From assembly GCA_010909165.1 (NCBI GenBank), contig MU008170.1:558001-622000 (forward strand): a DNA stretch of 64,000 nt. Reading direction: 5' to 3'. Source of the DNA: Anthoceros angustus. Its lineage: Eukaryota > Plantae > Anthocerotophyta. A program made the translations under genes and the position numbers. The notes beneath the pieces were generated by a model. The model saw only the letters and a list, made by a program, of their open reading frames with translations, searched no databases and was not told the origin of the DNA. Below, piece by piece: positions 53,301 to 64,000 of the stretch (position 1 is its first letter; each line of letters begins with the position of its first letter).

Positions 53301-54076
53301 GTACATGCCAAATGGAAGTTTGGGAGAAGCTCTGCAGCATCCTGATGTTAGGCTGGAGTGGAGTTCTCGGTATAACATAGCCTTGGGAGCAGCTCAGGGT
53401 CTAGCTTACTTGCATCATGATTGCCATCCTCCCATAATTCATCGTGACATCAAGTCCAACAACATCCTTCTGGATTCAGAACATGAAGCTCATATCGGGG
53501 ACTTTGGACTTGCCAAGTTGATAGATGTCACCAAGGATACTCAGTCCATGTCTGCAATCGCTGGCTCCTATGGATATATAGCACCGGGTAAGAAGTCGGA
53601 CTTCTCTCCAAGACTGTATTTATGTGTCATGTCTGGTTGATCTGTCTGGATCTGTTCGAAGCTCCTTTGTGATCCTGCTTGCTTCATTAACTTGACTGGA
53701 GAAATTTGTTGCAGAGTACGGCTTTACAATGCGGGTAACCTTGAAGGGTGATGTGTACAGTTTTGGGGTAGTTCTGCTGGAGATAGTGAGTGGCAGAAAG
53801 CCAGTGGTTGATGAAATGACGGATTTGGTTTCGTGGATCAAAGACAGCATCAGGAAAAACCAAGGGCCAGAAGGAGTGCTTGATCCTCGGCTGGATGAGA
53901 TGGAAGGGCCTCTGAGGCGGGAGATCCTTCTTGTTCTCAAGATTGCTCTATTTTGCACCAAGGAGAATCCTGAGGAGAGACCAACAATGCGAAATGTTGT
54001 GGAGATGTTGATACAAGCCAGAGATCCCAACAGGTCCCCGTCCATTGTTCGGACATCCCTAAGCGACTTCATTTGA
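50302..54076 (+). CDS. LRR receptor-like kinase, subfamily XI-like (exons 50302-53587 and 53715-54076)
   Basis: Hydrophobic signal, LRRNT CNWTGVDC, more than 20 plant LRRs, GNPGLCG, TM helix, kinase HRDIKSNN/DFG, and a single intron at GSYGYIAP/EY. Confidence 0.95.
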
Positions 54077-54427
54077 TCTGTTGTACTCCACCACTTTGTA
54101 GAATCTTAGAGTCATTTGCCCGGCAACATTACTCAGCGTAGGTGTAAATTTTTCTGGCAGGCTGAGGAATAGTTTCTCCATTGCTGTCTATGTTTCACAG
54201 CAACAGAGTCGGAAGCCTCAGGCTAGGGCCCACGGTGTAACTGCTAACCAGGTCTAATTTTGAACGGAACGAGGCTATTTTCTCTCGTTTTGTCCCAACT
54301 TCGAAACCCTAGACCTTCTATAGAATCTCCAATCCTGCGCACCCGTCCACCTGGGAGAAGGGGGTTAAGTCCTTTCCATTTCGACTCGCGGAAACATGGT
54401 TCAGGTCATTCAGGTGCCTAAAAAATG

Positions 54428-55013
54428 TTAAGCAGGATTGTCTGCCTTCTCATTAGAGGTGGTAAAACCATGTCCGTCAGAGGTAGACGGCGGATGCAAG
54501 CCACTGAGCTGGCAGTACATGCTATCAACGCTACGCGCAATCTCCTTCCCCAAGCCTTCGTTGCACAGAATCAGTTGCCAAGCCTCCCGTGACGCGCGCT
54601 CCAGGACTTGAGGCCTGCAAAGATCCAGCCAAATTGTTGAGAGTCGCTGACGAATCAAGGGGGCGCAAGATAGGAAAAAGAGTCGGCAGCAAGTACATGG
54701 ACGACTCACTCGAGCTCTTTCCGCAAGGCATCGAAAAGGTCTCTGCGATTTCTCTGCTCGGCTCCAGGTGCGTTCAGCACACGGCTGGTCTCCACCAACT
54801 TCGTTGTGAAACTTTTGAGTTCTTCCTGCAGCCAGCCCGTGTTGCCATCCAAACGTGAGTGCGACAGTCAAGACAAGGCGTGTGTGCTTAGGGCCGACCG
54901 ACTCACTGCCTTACGTTGCTCTTCAGCTGGGCCGTCAGCTTCTGACGCAACGAGTCGAAGGTGCCGTCGTGCATCAGCGACTCCAGCACCTTGTTGGGAG
55001 TCACGCCCTCCAT
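54428..55013 (-). CDS. BOD1/Shg1 (COMPASS-associated)-like small protein, 3 exons
   Basis: Spliced reading: MEGVTPNKVLESLMHDGTFDSLRQKLTAQLKSN | EELKSFTTKLVETSRVLNAPGAEQRNRRDLFDALRKELE | PQVLERASREAWQLILCNEGLGKEI. Confidence 0.8.
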
Positions 55014-55172
55014 CACCACCGAGTTTAGGTGTGTCAAACCCTAGGGACGTGTGACTACAGACGCGCGAAGAGCACCAGCGGGGTACGACGGAGAAACGGG
55101 TCTCAGGTAAGGGATCCTTCGATCCCAATCCAAAAATAGTATTACGCACATTAACGGACAATTGGAGTTGAT

Positions 55173-57823
55173 TTAGCATTGTTCCGCGTATATGTCGTCG
55201 AACTCGCCGTAGGAAAGGTGTTTCCAAGTCGTATCAACCAAGTTATCCAACTCACCCAACATGCCCGCCCCTTTATGCTGTCCTTCGTTGTTGTCTGACG
55301 ACACTCCTGCATCCCGCATCATCTGCCTGATCTGCTCCTCGTCTGCCTTCCTACCAGCTATAGAGTACATGCTAACCATCAGGCCATAAGCGGCGTCATT
55401 CGCTGGCTCCAGCCTGACTAAACTGTCGAAGGCCCGCCGTCCCAGATCCAGGTTGCCATGGCTCTGGCATGCCGCCAAGACAGTCATCCACGTTTCTGCT
55501 TCAGGTTGGAAGGGCATGGTGCTTATGAGGTCATCCACCTCAGGTAGGTTGCCTGCCCGACTGAGAATGTCGACCATGCAGACATAGTGTTCCTTGCCCT
55601 GTGTTATCCCAAACTCCTGATACATGTTCCGGAATATAGAGTAACCTTCGTCAACCAGGCCCGCCCGGCCACATGCTGAGAGAACGGAAACCATGGTCGC
55701 TTCATTTGGCTTCACCCCTTCCTCTTGCATCTGCCTGAACAACTGCAGGCCTTCCCCAGCATGTCCGTGCAGACTGCAGCCAGATATCATGGCATTCCAT
55801 GACACTACATTTCTCCCTGACAGCTTGTTGAAGACCCTTCGAGCTTCATTTAAGCTCGCACATTGGATGTACATGTCAACGATAATGTTACCTACCTCCA
55901 AGTCACCGCCCAGTCCACTTGTAGTGATCCTGGAGTGGAAGTGCTTCCCTTGCTCCACGGATGCTATGATCGAACATGCTTTCAAACAGCTCACGAAGGT
56001 TGTTTTGTCAGGTAACATGCCTTCACGCTGCATTTGCTGGAAGAGTCCAAGGGCTTCGTCACCATCCCCTGCTCCCACATAGCCTCCAATCATGATGTTC
56101 CATGACGCAAGATCTTTCTCTGACATGCCATCAAAGACTTTGACTGCCTCCTCTTGGCACCAGCACTTCATGTACATGTTGAGCAACGCATTGCCTAGCA
56201 CCTTGTCTACGACCAATCCACCCTTTGTAAGCTCGCCATGAATGCGCTTCCCCTCATCTAGGGCTAGAAGGATCCCACACGCATTCAAGATGGCTACATA
56301 TGTGAACTTATCTGGAGTAACACCCTCCTCCAGCATCTGCTGGAAGAGCTCAAGAGCTTTCAGGGGATGTCCATGACGGACATTTGCAGCAAGCATTTCA
56401 TTCCACGACGCCAGCTCTTTCTTCACTAATTTGCTGAAAATCATTTGCGCCTCTTCAAGGCTACCACATCTTGCGTACATCTCCAAAAGTGCAGCTGAAA
56501 GAAGTAGATCCTTCTCGAATCCTAAATCCACAACCCGCTCATGGATGTCCCTGCCTTCCGTCAGGGCTTCTGTATTGGCGCATGCTTTCAGAACAGCAGC
56601 ATACACGGAGGCATCTGGCTCCCCTCCTCGCTGCTCCATTTCCTGAAACAGCTTGAGAGCTTCCTTGCTTTGACCAAGATCTGCATGTGCCTTGATGATA
56701 GCTTGCCATGACTGTGTGTCCGGGTCAGACATCTTCTGAAACACTTGGTTCGCCTCCACCAAGCTTTCACACTCTGCAAATAGCCGGATCAGACTGTTCA
56801 AAAGATTCAAGTTTCCATCATACTTGCCACTCGCAAGCAATCTTTGCATTCGCTTGCCAGCTGCCAAATTCTTGCTTTTGATACCCTCTTCCAGCAACCT
56901 TAACTCATCCTCTGCAGACCCTCCTTCGTCTTGACTCTCCACGTCTTTGAGAGGCTCACTGGTCCCTTGCCCACCCACAGCATTCTGCAAACCCTCATCC
57001 CCTCCTACATTTCCTTGAGGGTAGGTTTCACCACCGACAGGGCTGGAGGGATACAAAAAGAAACGAGTGAAGCACAGAAATTGAACGTCGTAAAAACAAA
57101 TCAACAACGACAGGACGAAACAAAAACACCAGACTGGCAGGACCGCCTCTGTTTGCGGTACAACACCTGGAATTCTGCCCTTGCGAATCCTCCGTCTTCG
57201 GAGCATACTCAGGACGATACTCCGCCCTGAAGACTCGGCCCGGTGGTGCATCGTGTATCTTCAACGTGGCCAGCCTTGCAGGTAGCCAGCGAGGGTTGTA
57301 CGGGTGATCAACCCACATTGCATCCCCTCCTTGCCAATGCCGAAAGTCTGGATGCCTATGGTCTCTCTGAAGCACAGCGCACATTTCCCACATGAGCAAA
57401 TCACAGAACAGAACTCTGGAACTCAGGAAACCTAGATACTGCATCCAAAATTCAGAATTTAGGTCGTTGATTAGGTCAAAAGCTCCTGCATACCTTGCTG
57501 TACCTGAAATCCCAATACAGATCAGGATTGGCGAAGAGTCTCAACCATAACTGCTCTGTGTACGTTTTCCTGTCTGCACCACATGCATCAACCCAATCCT
57601 GAGCTCCAATTTCCCACCGGGTTGCCTTGAAAAAAATCTGGCAAAAATGCCTGTGGTGTGAGAGTCAGATTCACTCACCAACCCTGACGCCGGTCGTGGT
57701 GCAATTCCGGGTCTGTTGACAACCCCATCCAGTCTCGCCAGCTGCAATCAGTGCGACTGCAGCACGCCAAAAGTCGAGACCTGGCTGCCGACCCAGGAAG
57801 GTGCGGCGGGCGAGATAGGACAT
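55173..57823 (-). CDS. PLS-class PPR protein with E domain and N-terminal OSB-type PDF motif (exons 57823-57679, 57555-57494, 57366-57167, 57042-55173; 758 aa)
   Basis: P/L/S repeats (NVVSWNAMISG, PDKFTYVAILNAC) and an E region (EHYVCMVDILSRAG...TWMTVLAAC), with no DYW. All three introns are GT-AG and phase-compatible. Confidence 0.85.
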
Positions 57824-58059
57824 GGTGCTGGGTCCAGCTCCCGCTGATCACCAGCGCTGGCCGAGTAGTGACGGCGGCGAGGCCATCCTTACTACCTTAG
57901 GACATTCATAACACAAAACGGGGGAAACTAGCGGTTCGAACCTTTCTGTAATCGGAGTTAAACTGGGCCTTATTTTAACTGCCGACCGAACTCTAGGGTT
58001 CTCTTTTGCCCTCCCCAGTCGCATCGTCTCGTCGCGGACGCCGTCGGAGCTCGGCAGCC

Positions 58060-58609
58060 ATGGGGAAGGGCACAGGCAGTTTTGGCAAGCGCAGGAACAA
58101 GACGCACACGTTGTGCACGCGATGCGGGAGGCGTAGCTTCCACATCCAGAAGGCACGCTGCTCAGCGTGTGCTTATCCCGCCAAGCGGATTCGGAAATGT
58201 GAGATTTGTTGGTGCTGAGGTCCTGCCGATGAGCTCGCCTCGGGTGTTCAGGAATCTTGAATTCTGAAGATTTTTGTTTTTCCTGGTGCGCGCAGACAAC
58301 TGGAGTGTGAAAGCCATTCGCCGGAAAACCACCGGCACAGGGCGTATGAGGCACCTCCGCCACCTACCTCGGCTTTTTAAGAACAACTTCAGAGAAGGTT
58401 AGCCCTGGGTGCCTCTTTTGATACGTAATTTTTTGAGCTGTGGTGCGGAATCTGAAACTTTTAAGAACAACTTCAGAGAAGCTTAGCCTGGGTGCCTCTT
58501 TTGATACGTAATTTTGCTGAGCTGTGGTGCGGAATCTGAAACCTTTTCATTTCTGTCGGCAGGAACTCAGGCAGCTCCAAGGAAGAAGGCTGCTGGGGGT
58601 ACTTTCTAA
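58060..58609 (+). CDS. RPL37: 60S ribosomal protein L37 (exons 58060-58198, 58296-58397, 58563-58609)
   Basis: [31 protein letters not shown]...[22 protein letters not shown]. Confidence 0.97.
58375..58542 (+). repeat. ~84-bp tandem duplication spanning the RPL37 exon 2/intron 2 boundary
   Basis: ttttaagaacaacttcagagaag(g/c)ttagcc...gaatctgaaac occurs twice. Confidence 0.9.
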
Positions 58610-59372
58610 AGGGGATGTGAAGTTGCTCCTTTGCTTTACAATTCTTTAGGGACCTTTGTGTACCTTCGGATGCTAAGCAAGCCATCCACTGTTTCGTCAG
58701 TGGTGAGATGTTTTGAGACGTCAAACAAGATAATTTGTTGTCTGACCCGAGTTTTTGGATATTGATCATGTACTTTTCGTGGTGAGCCTTGTATGCTTAC
58801 TTCACGGAACCTGGGAACACGGGAGTAGCACGGTGTGTTTCGGTTTTTGCTCGATTGTTGCACCGGTCGCGAGACAGCATGATGCATTCTTTTGAACACT
58901 TCCTTCCCCTTTTCCTTGTGTGCGAAATTGCCAGCTCGCCTATTCAGCTTTTGTTTTGTAATTTTCGTATACCCTCCTGAAATGGCCAGCGCCGTACTGA
59001 ATATGGGGTCTGTTATGTTGGCCGGGTGGTACGAAAACTACCAGTTCCTTAATTTTGCAGTGGCCTTTTTGGGTGAAAGCAAAGTTCACAACTCGAGTTG
59101 TTGTGGGACATCCAGTCTATTCTCGATAAATGGATGCTATTGGGCCAGAAAGATGCGTCCATGTCTCGTGGATGCCGGTAAGCAAGCCATAATGGAATTG
59201 GCAGTTGTGGTATACAGGTGGTTGATGATATTGCTGCTTTCATAGATTCTTCTGCCTCTGATCCCCATATAAGTTGTCGTCGGTTCCATTTTCAGGAAAT
59301 TTTAGAGCACCCTGGATTGAGGCTGACTTTATGTGTTGGGGGATGGAGGGGGGAGTTGGTTGATGTGCCTGA

Positions 59373-59589
59373 CTATGTCCAAATGGCTTAGGCCAAATGG
59401 ACACACATTTATAAGAAGTTGTGATTAAGCATCCTGAGCTTAGATCTGTACCTAGATGGGGTGCTTAAAGGGAGTGGATGCCCTTGGTGCAAGTAGCTTA
59501 GGCACACCATGGTACAAGTTGTTAAGTACCAAGTCCCATGACGGAAATCCATCCTTAGTGGACTTAAATAAAATTCTTCTTCTTCTTCT
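59373..59589 (+). mobile_element. Short structured retroposon-like repeat, copy D (full length)
   Basis: Aligns with copies A and B; ctatgt occurs at both ends. Confidence 0.85.
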
Positions 59590-60240
59590 ATGTGTGCCCT
59601 TAAGGGATCCGTTTCTTTAAGGAGTTAGTGAAGAATGAGAAGGGGCAGGTGCATATAACAAAAAAATTAGGAAAAGAAAGCGGGATGGCAAGTGGAAGCT
59701 CCCTGTGACTATCCTCTCTTCTTTGATGTGCTCTCAACAGATCCTATGAGAAGAACGTCGCTCTCTCTTCCCTTATAAAGCTTAAGATCCTCAAGATTAT
59801 GCAACATTAGTTGTGGTCATGGATCAAGTTATTTTCCATGAAGAACAGCATTCTATAGACATTGAGTGGTATCCAAGGTCATTTATAATAATTGAAGATA
59901 TTAATTACGTGAAGATAAATAAGTTTTCTTCATAGAGGTTAAGTAATATTAAGTTTCTTGAGATTTATTTTTGATACGTTCATTAATCCTATAAAATATG
60001 GTCACGTCTTTGACTTTTGATTTATCTATATCTACTTACCAGCATGAAGAAAATGGTGAAGGATTTTTTGTAATTTGTCTTCAATATCTTGAACTGGATA
60101 AAGAAATTGCTAAAATAAATGTATGTTCTCATATGTATTATTATCTGAAGCCATGGTTTGGTACATGCTGGTTGAAAATTACATGTCCACTTCATAGATT
60201 TGAAATATTACTCGCAAGCATTGAAAATTTACGGGTCACG

Positions 60241-60485
60241 AAAAGCAATATCCCAAGTGATGGAAGATTGGAACAAGACAGCAATTCGTAGAAAGCTATG
60301 CCCATGAAAAATTACGGATCGTAAAAAGTAATGCCCAGAGTGATGGAATATTGGAAGAAGAAAGCACTTCATAGAAAGCAATGTCCAAAGTGATGGAATA
60401 TTGGAAGAAGAAAGCATTTCACAAAAGCAATGCCCAAAGTGAAGGGAAGGGATATTGGAAGAAGAAAGCAAGTCTTCAAAAGCAA
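60241..60485. repeat. ~50-bp minisatellite (aaagcaatgcccaaagtgatggaatattggaagaagaaagc)
   Basis: At least four degenerate units, with further pieces at ~60641 and ~60925. Confidence 0.8.
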
Positions 60486-60490
60486 CACAT

Positions 60491-60632
60491 AGAAGAAGAA
60501 GAAGAATTTTATTTAAGTCCACTAAGGACGGATTTCCGTCATGGGACTCGGTACTTAACAACTTGTACCATGGTGTGCATACGCTACTTGCGCCAAGGGC
60601 ATCCACTCCCTTTAGGCATCCCATCTAAGTAC
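60491..60632 (-). mobile_element. Short structured retroposon-like repeat, copy E (partial)
   Basis: 3' part of the element, duplicated together with ~70 bp of flank shared with copy F. Confidence 0.85.
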
Positions 60633-60708
60633 ACTTCACAAAAAGCAATGCCCAAAGTGAAGGGAAGGGATATTGGAAGAAGAAAGCACGTCTTAAAAAG
60701 CAACACCT

Positions 60709-60926
60709 AGAAGAAGAAGAAGAATTTTATTTAAGTCCACTAAGGACGGATTTCCGTCATGGGACTTGGTACTTAACAACTTGTACCATGGTGTGCCTAA
60801 GCTACTTGCGCCAAGGGCATCCACTCCCTTTAGGCACCCCATCTAAGTACCGATTTAAGCGCGGGATGCTTAATCACGACGTTCTTATAAATGGGTGTCC
60901 ATTTGGCCTAAGCCATTTGGACATAG
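60709..60926 (-). mobile_element. Short structured retroposon-like repeat, copy F (full length)
   Basis: Reverse complement of the full unit. Confidence 0.85.
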
Positions 60927-61001
60927 TAATGGGATATTGGAAGAGGAAGTGAAGGGGAGGAGGAAGAGGAACTCACTAACTTCCATCTTCTTCTTCCTTC
61001 C

Positions 61002-61623
61002 TGTAGGGGAAGTACAAGTGTGCTTCACATCCAGCTCTCCAGCTCTCTCCCCCAGCTCCCAAATTGCACAAATTATACAAATTCGTCGTCCCTTGTACCT
61101 CCCAAATTGCACAAATTATACAAATTCGTCGTCCCTTGTACCTCCCAAATTGCACAAATTATACAAATTCGTCGTCCCTTGTACCTCCCAAATTGCACAA
61201 GTTGTAGGGGAAGTACAAGTGTGCTTCACATCCAGCTCTCCAGCTCTCTCCCCCAACTCCCAAATTGCACAAATTATACAAATTCGTCGTCCCTTGTACC
61301 TCCCAAATTGCACAAATTATACAAATTCGTCGTCCCTTGTACCTCCCAAATTGCACAAGTTGTAGGGGAAGTACAAGTGTGCTTCACATCCAGCTCTCCA
61401 GCTCTCTCCCCCAACTCCCAAATTGCACAAATTATACAAATTCGTCGTCCCTTGTACCTCCCAAATTGCACAAGTTATACAAATTCATAGTCCCTCGTAC
61501 CTCCCAAATTGCACAAATTATACAAATACATCGTCCCTCGTACCTCCCAAATTGCACAAATTATATAAATTCATGTTCCTGGTACCTCCCAAATTGCACA
61601 AATTTTACAAATTCGTCGTCCCT
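61002..61623. repeat. 43-bp minisatellite with higher-order structure
   Basis: Unit ctcccaaattgcacaaattatacaaattcgtcgtcccttgtac, interrupted three times by gtaggggaagtacaagtgtgcttcacatccagc (61003, 61204, 61362). Confidence 0.95.
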
Positions 61624-62625
61624 CGCCATTAGAAGGGCGCGCCGGACTCCCTCGAGCAATCTCTTCAGCGCCACACATTTTAATAATAAACTTGAACTTT
61701 GAACTTCAAACCTCCCCCCTTTCTTCTCCCGTCTGTCTTCCTACTTGCAAATTCCGTGCATTGTTTTATTATATTATGCATTATTCCACAATTTCCGTGA
61801 ATTGCTGACGACACGCTTACGAGGATGGGAACGAATCTGTTATATACAAGGTTTTCTGGGACGGGAAAGACATCGAAGCCGAGATATCGGATATCGTGGG
61901 GCGTTGAGCTGTCAGGCGGCGCAGGGTGTAGATAAGATGGTGCCGGCCAGTCGCAGAAATGATCGGCGACACTTGGCCCCTCCAAGCAACGACGCCTGGT
62001 GACTCGTGATCGGGCCTGGCCCGAGCCAGGAAGGATCGGACCAGACCGGCGCAAAACGGCCCCGCCTCCCTCTAGGTTTTTCGAGCTTCCCGCACAGTGG
62101 TGGGACGTGTTGCCTTCGTTTCTGGGCCTATCGCGCCCATGGCTGCTGTTGCCTGCCTGTCAGTTGGTCGTTGTCTTTGAGGCTGCGAGCGCGAGGGGGT
62201 GCCGGGATTCGGCTATCTTTCCCTCTGTATAGCTGTCTTGTGTGGAATGGTGTGGTGTGGTCGGCCTAGTGCGTTGTGCTTGTGACTGATGTGGAGGAGC
62301 GTGCCGTGAACAGATGCCTGCGGTCGCCTCCTGCCTGCTTGCTTGCTTCCCAGCCGCTCCGGCTGATAACCCCTGCTTGGCGCGGCTGCAGATCTGGACG
62401 GCGGTGGATCGGGTGTCCATGTTTTGAGCAAACAGGGGATTCGAATGGCGTCTAGGTTGTCGTAGGCGGGGTTTGAGGCAAAATGGTAACATTTGGGATG
62501 GCGGAGTCGGTGTCGGGTGTTAATTGGGGTGAGGTGGCGGGACACGGGAGATCATGGTAGTGTGTTAGTGTTGCCGGCCTTGGAAGGCCTTGTTTGTGGT
62601 GTTGTTTAGGATTATGCATTGCGCT

Positions 62626-64000
62626 ATGGAGGAGTGCAGCTCTGACGGCGGGAAAGACATGATGAGAAAGCTGGATGACGATACGGCAATGCACGTGTTG
62701 AGTTACCTCATGTCTCCTATCGATGTTGCCCGAGCCTCGGCTGTGTCGGTGGCTTGGAGGCGTTTCGGTGAGTTTGAAAGCGTTTTGCGGTGCAGGCGGT
62801 GTGTTGTGGTTGCAACTAGAGAAGTTGTGTAGAGCGGATCACGTATGCGTGTTGTTGCTTACTGCAGTACGAGACGGACGGCTGTGGAGGAGGCTTTGCA
62901 CTAACGCGTTCCCTGATGTCGGAAAGTTCGAGACGGTTGTGGACGCGAGGAGCGCGGGGGGAGATGGAGCGAGTCCGAGCAGTATTGCGTATCTGCATAG
63001 AATTGAGATGGAGAACCGCATTTTCAGAACCTTCTGTCAGGAGCTGAACGGACTGTGTAGCCCTAAGAGCTGTGTCAAGGAGGCGCTTGTGGCTTCCAGT
63101 ACCGACAATGATCCGGATGAGAGCATCAAGCAGACGCTCTATCCGAGACCGAAATATAACGACGAGGAGCTGATTCCTTCGTATTGGTCCAGCAAAGGTC
63201 AAGTACTTCCGGATGTGCCGGAGACCTTGACCTACCAGTTGGTCTCCCGCCTCTGTGTTGTGCATGAAGTCAGAATTCGCCCCTTCAAAGGTACAGCTCG
63301 TGTGGTGGGTGTCTCTCATCCGTTGTTCGTGAAATCCTGGTTCTCCTAGATGGTGTATTTTACAAGGTCTCACTACTTGTTGTGCCGTGATTGCAGCATT
63401 CTTTCAGGAAGGATCTCCTGTGTATTCCGCCAAGTATGTCCGCATCAGGCTTGGGAGCTTGCCTGGAACAAATTTAGATTTTGGTTCTGAGAACGGGATC
63501 ATGAGTTGGGATGCAAATCAGTGGAAGGACTCGAATTTTGAGTGGACATATGTGTCACCAGAGTTCCCGATGGAGCAGGTATTGTGTCATCTTGCATCTT
63601 GCAAAAAGAAAAATTTGCAGTGAATTTGGTGACTAGACATAAAGGTTTTCTGCGTGGGGTTCTGCCAGGCTGATACTCTACAGTCTTTCAAGCTTCCCTC
63701 GCCAGTGCTCTGCATTGGCGGTATACTGCAAGTAGAGCTCTTGGGCCGTGTGCAGACTCAGGAGATGGATAACATGTATTACATCTGGTAAGCATTGATT
63801 TCCGGTATAGCATGCTTCTGGCTGTCGGCGGTTAAAGCCGACTGACTACAATTGAGTTCTGATGCTCATGGTTTCTGGTGATGAAAAAGCTTTTGAGGCA
63901 TGAGTGCGAGAAAGGGAGTGTGGCCTTTGGTATTAATCCTCTGTCCTCCTGCCATCTGCAGTGTATGCCACGTTATGGTTGTTGGTAGACCCCTTCTGGA
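62626..64000 (+). CDS. F-box protein, At4g00755-like (multi-exon, runs off the window)
   Basis: F-box DMMRKLDDDTAMHVLSYL...ARASAVSVAWR, then ASSTDNDPDESI, SYWSSKG, PETLTYQL, YSAKYVR and WTYVSPEFPMEQ. Confidence 0.88.

Noticed and set aside
57043-57251. ORF-track N-terminus of the PPR protein with a hydrophobic stretch
   Set aside because: It is intron read-through plus an alternative frame; the spliced model explains the region with consistent phases.
60885-61702. Several repetitive ORFs
   Set aside because: They are translations of the 43-bp minisatellite.

Overview
Gene-dense land-plant nuclear DNA with short introns (mostly 50-130 nt). It resembles a compact non-seed plant genome such as Selaginella or a hornwort; this is inferred, not proven. 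The first ~12 kb is accessory: an orphan 415-aa internally repeated ORF, a GC-rich unclassified block, transposon-like debris and two copies of a ~215-bp structured short retroposon-like repeat that occurs six times in the window. Conserved genes follow: cytosolic glutathione reductase, an intronless HD2/HDT, a Kelch/coiled-coil gene, NSRP1-like and a small coiled-coil gene. From ~27.9 to 41.6 kb lies a tandem array of thymidine-kinase fragments (partly as inverted repeats), a decayed coiled-coil module and five J-domain genes, two of them intact. The rest holds NdhU, APC15 sitting 65 bp upstream of Borealin, a CBS-domain gene, an LRR-XI receptor kinase, a BOD1/Shg1-like gene, a PLS-E PPR gene, RPL37, minisatellites and a partial F-box gene. 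Best candidates for something new: (1) an APC15-Borealin locus where two GT donors 4 nt apart would give either an in-frame fusion protein or a bicistronic mRNA; (2) an OSB-type PDF ssDNA-binding motif spliced in frame onto an editing-type PPR protein; (3) the TK-fragment/J-protein array. All family assignments come from recalled motifs, with no database search.
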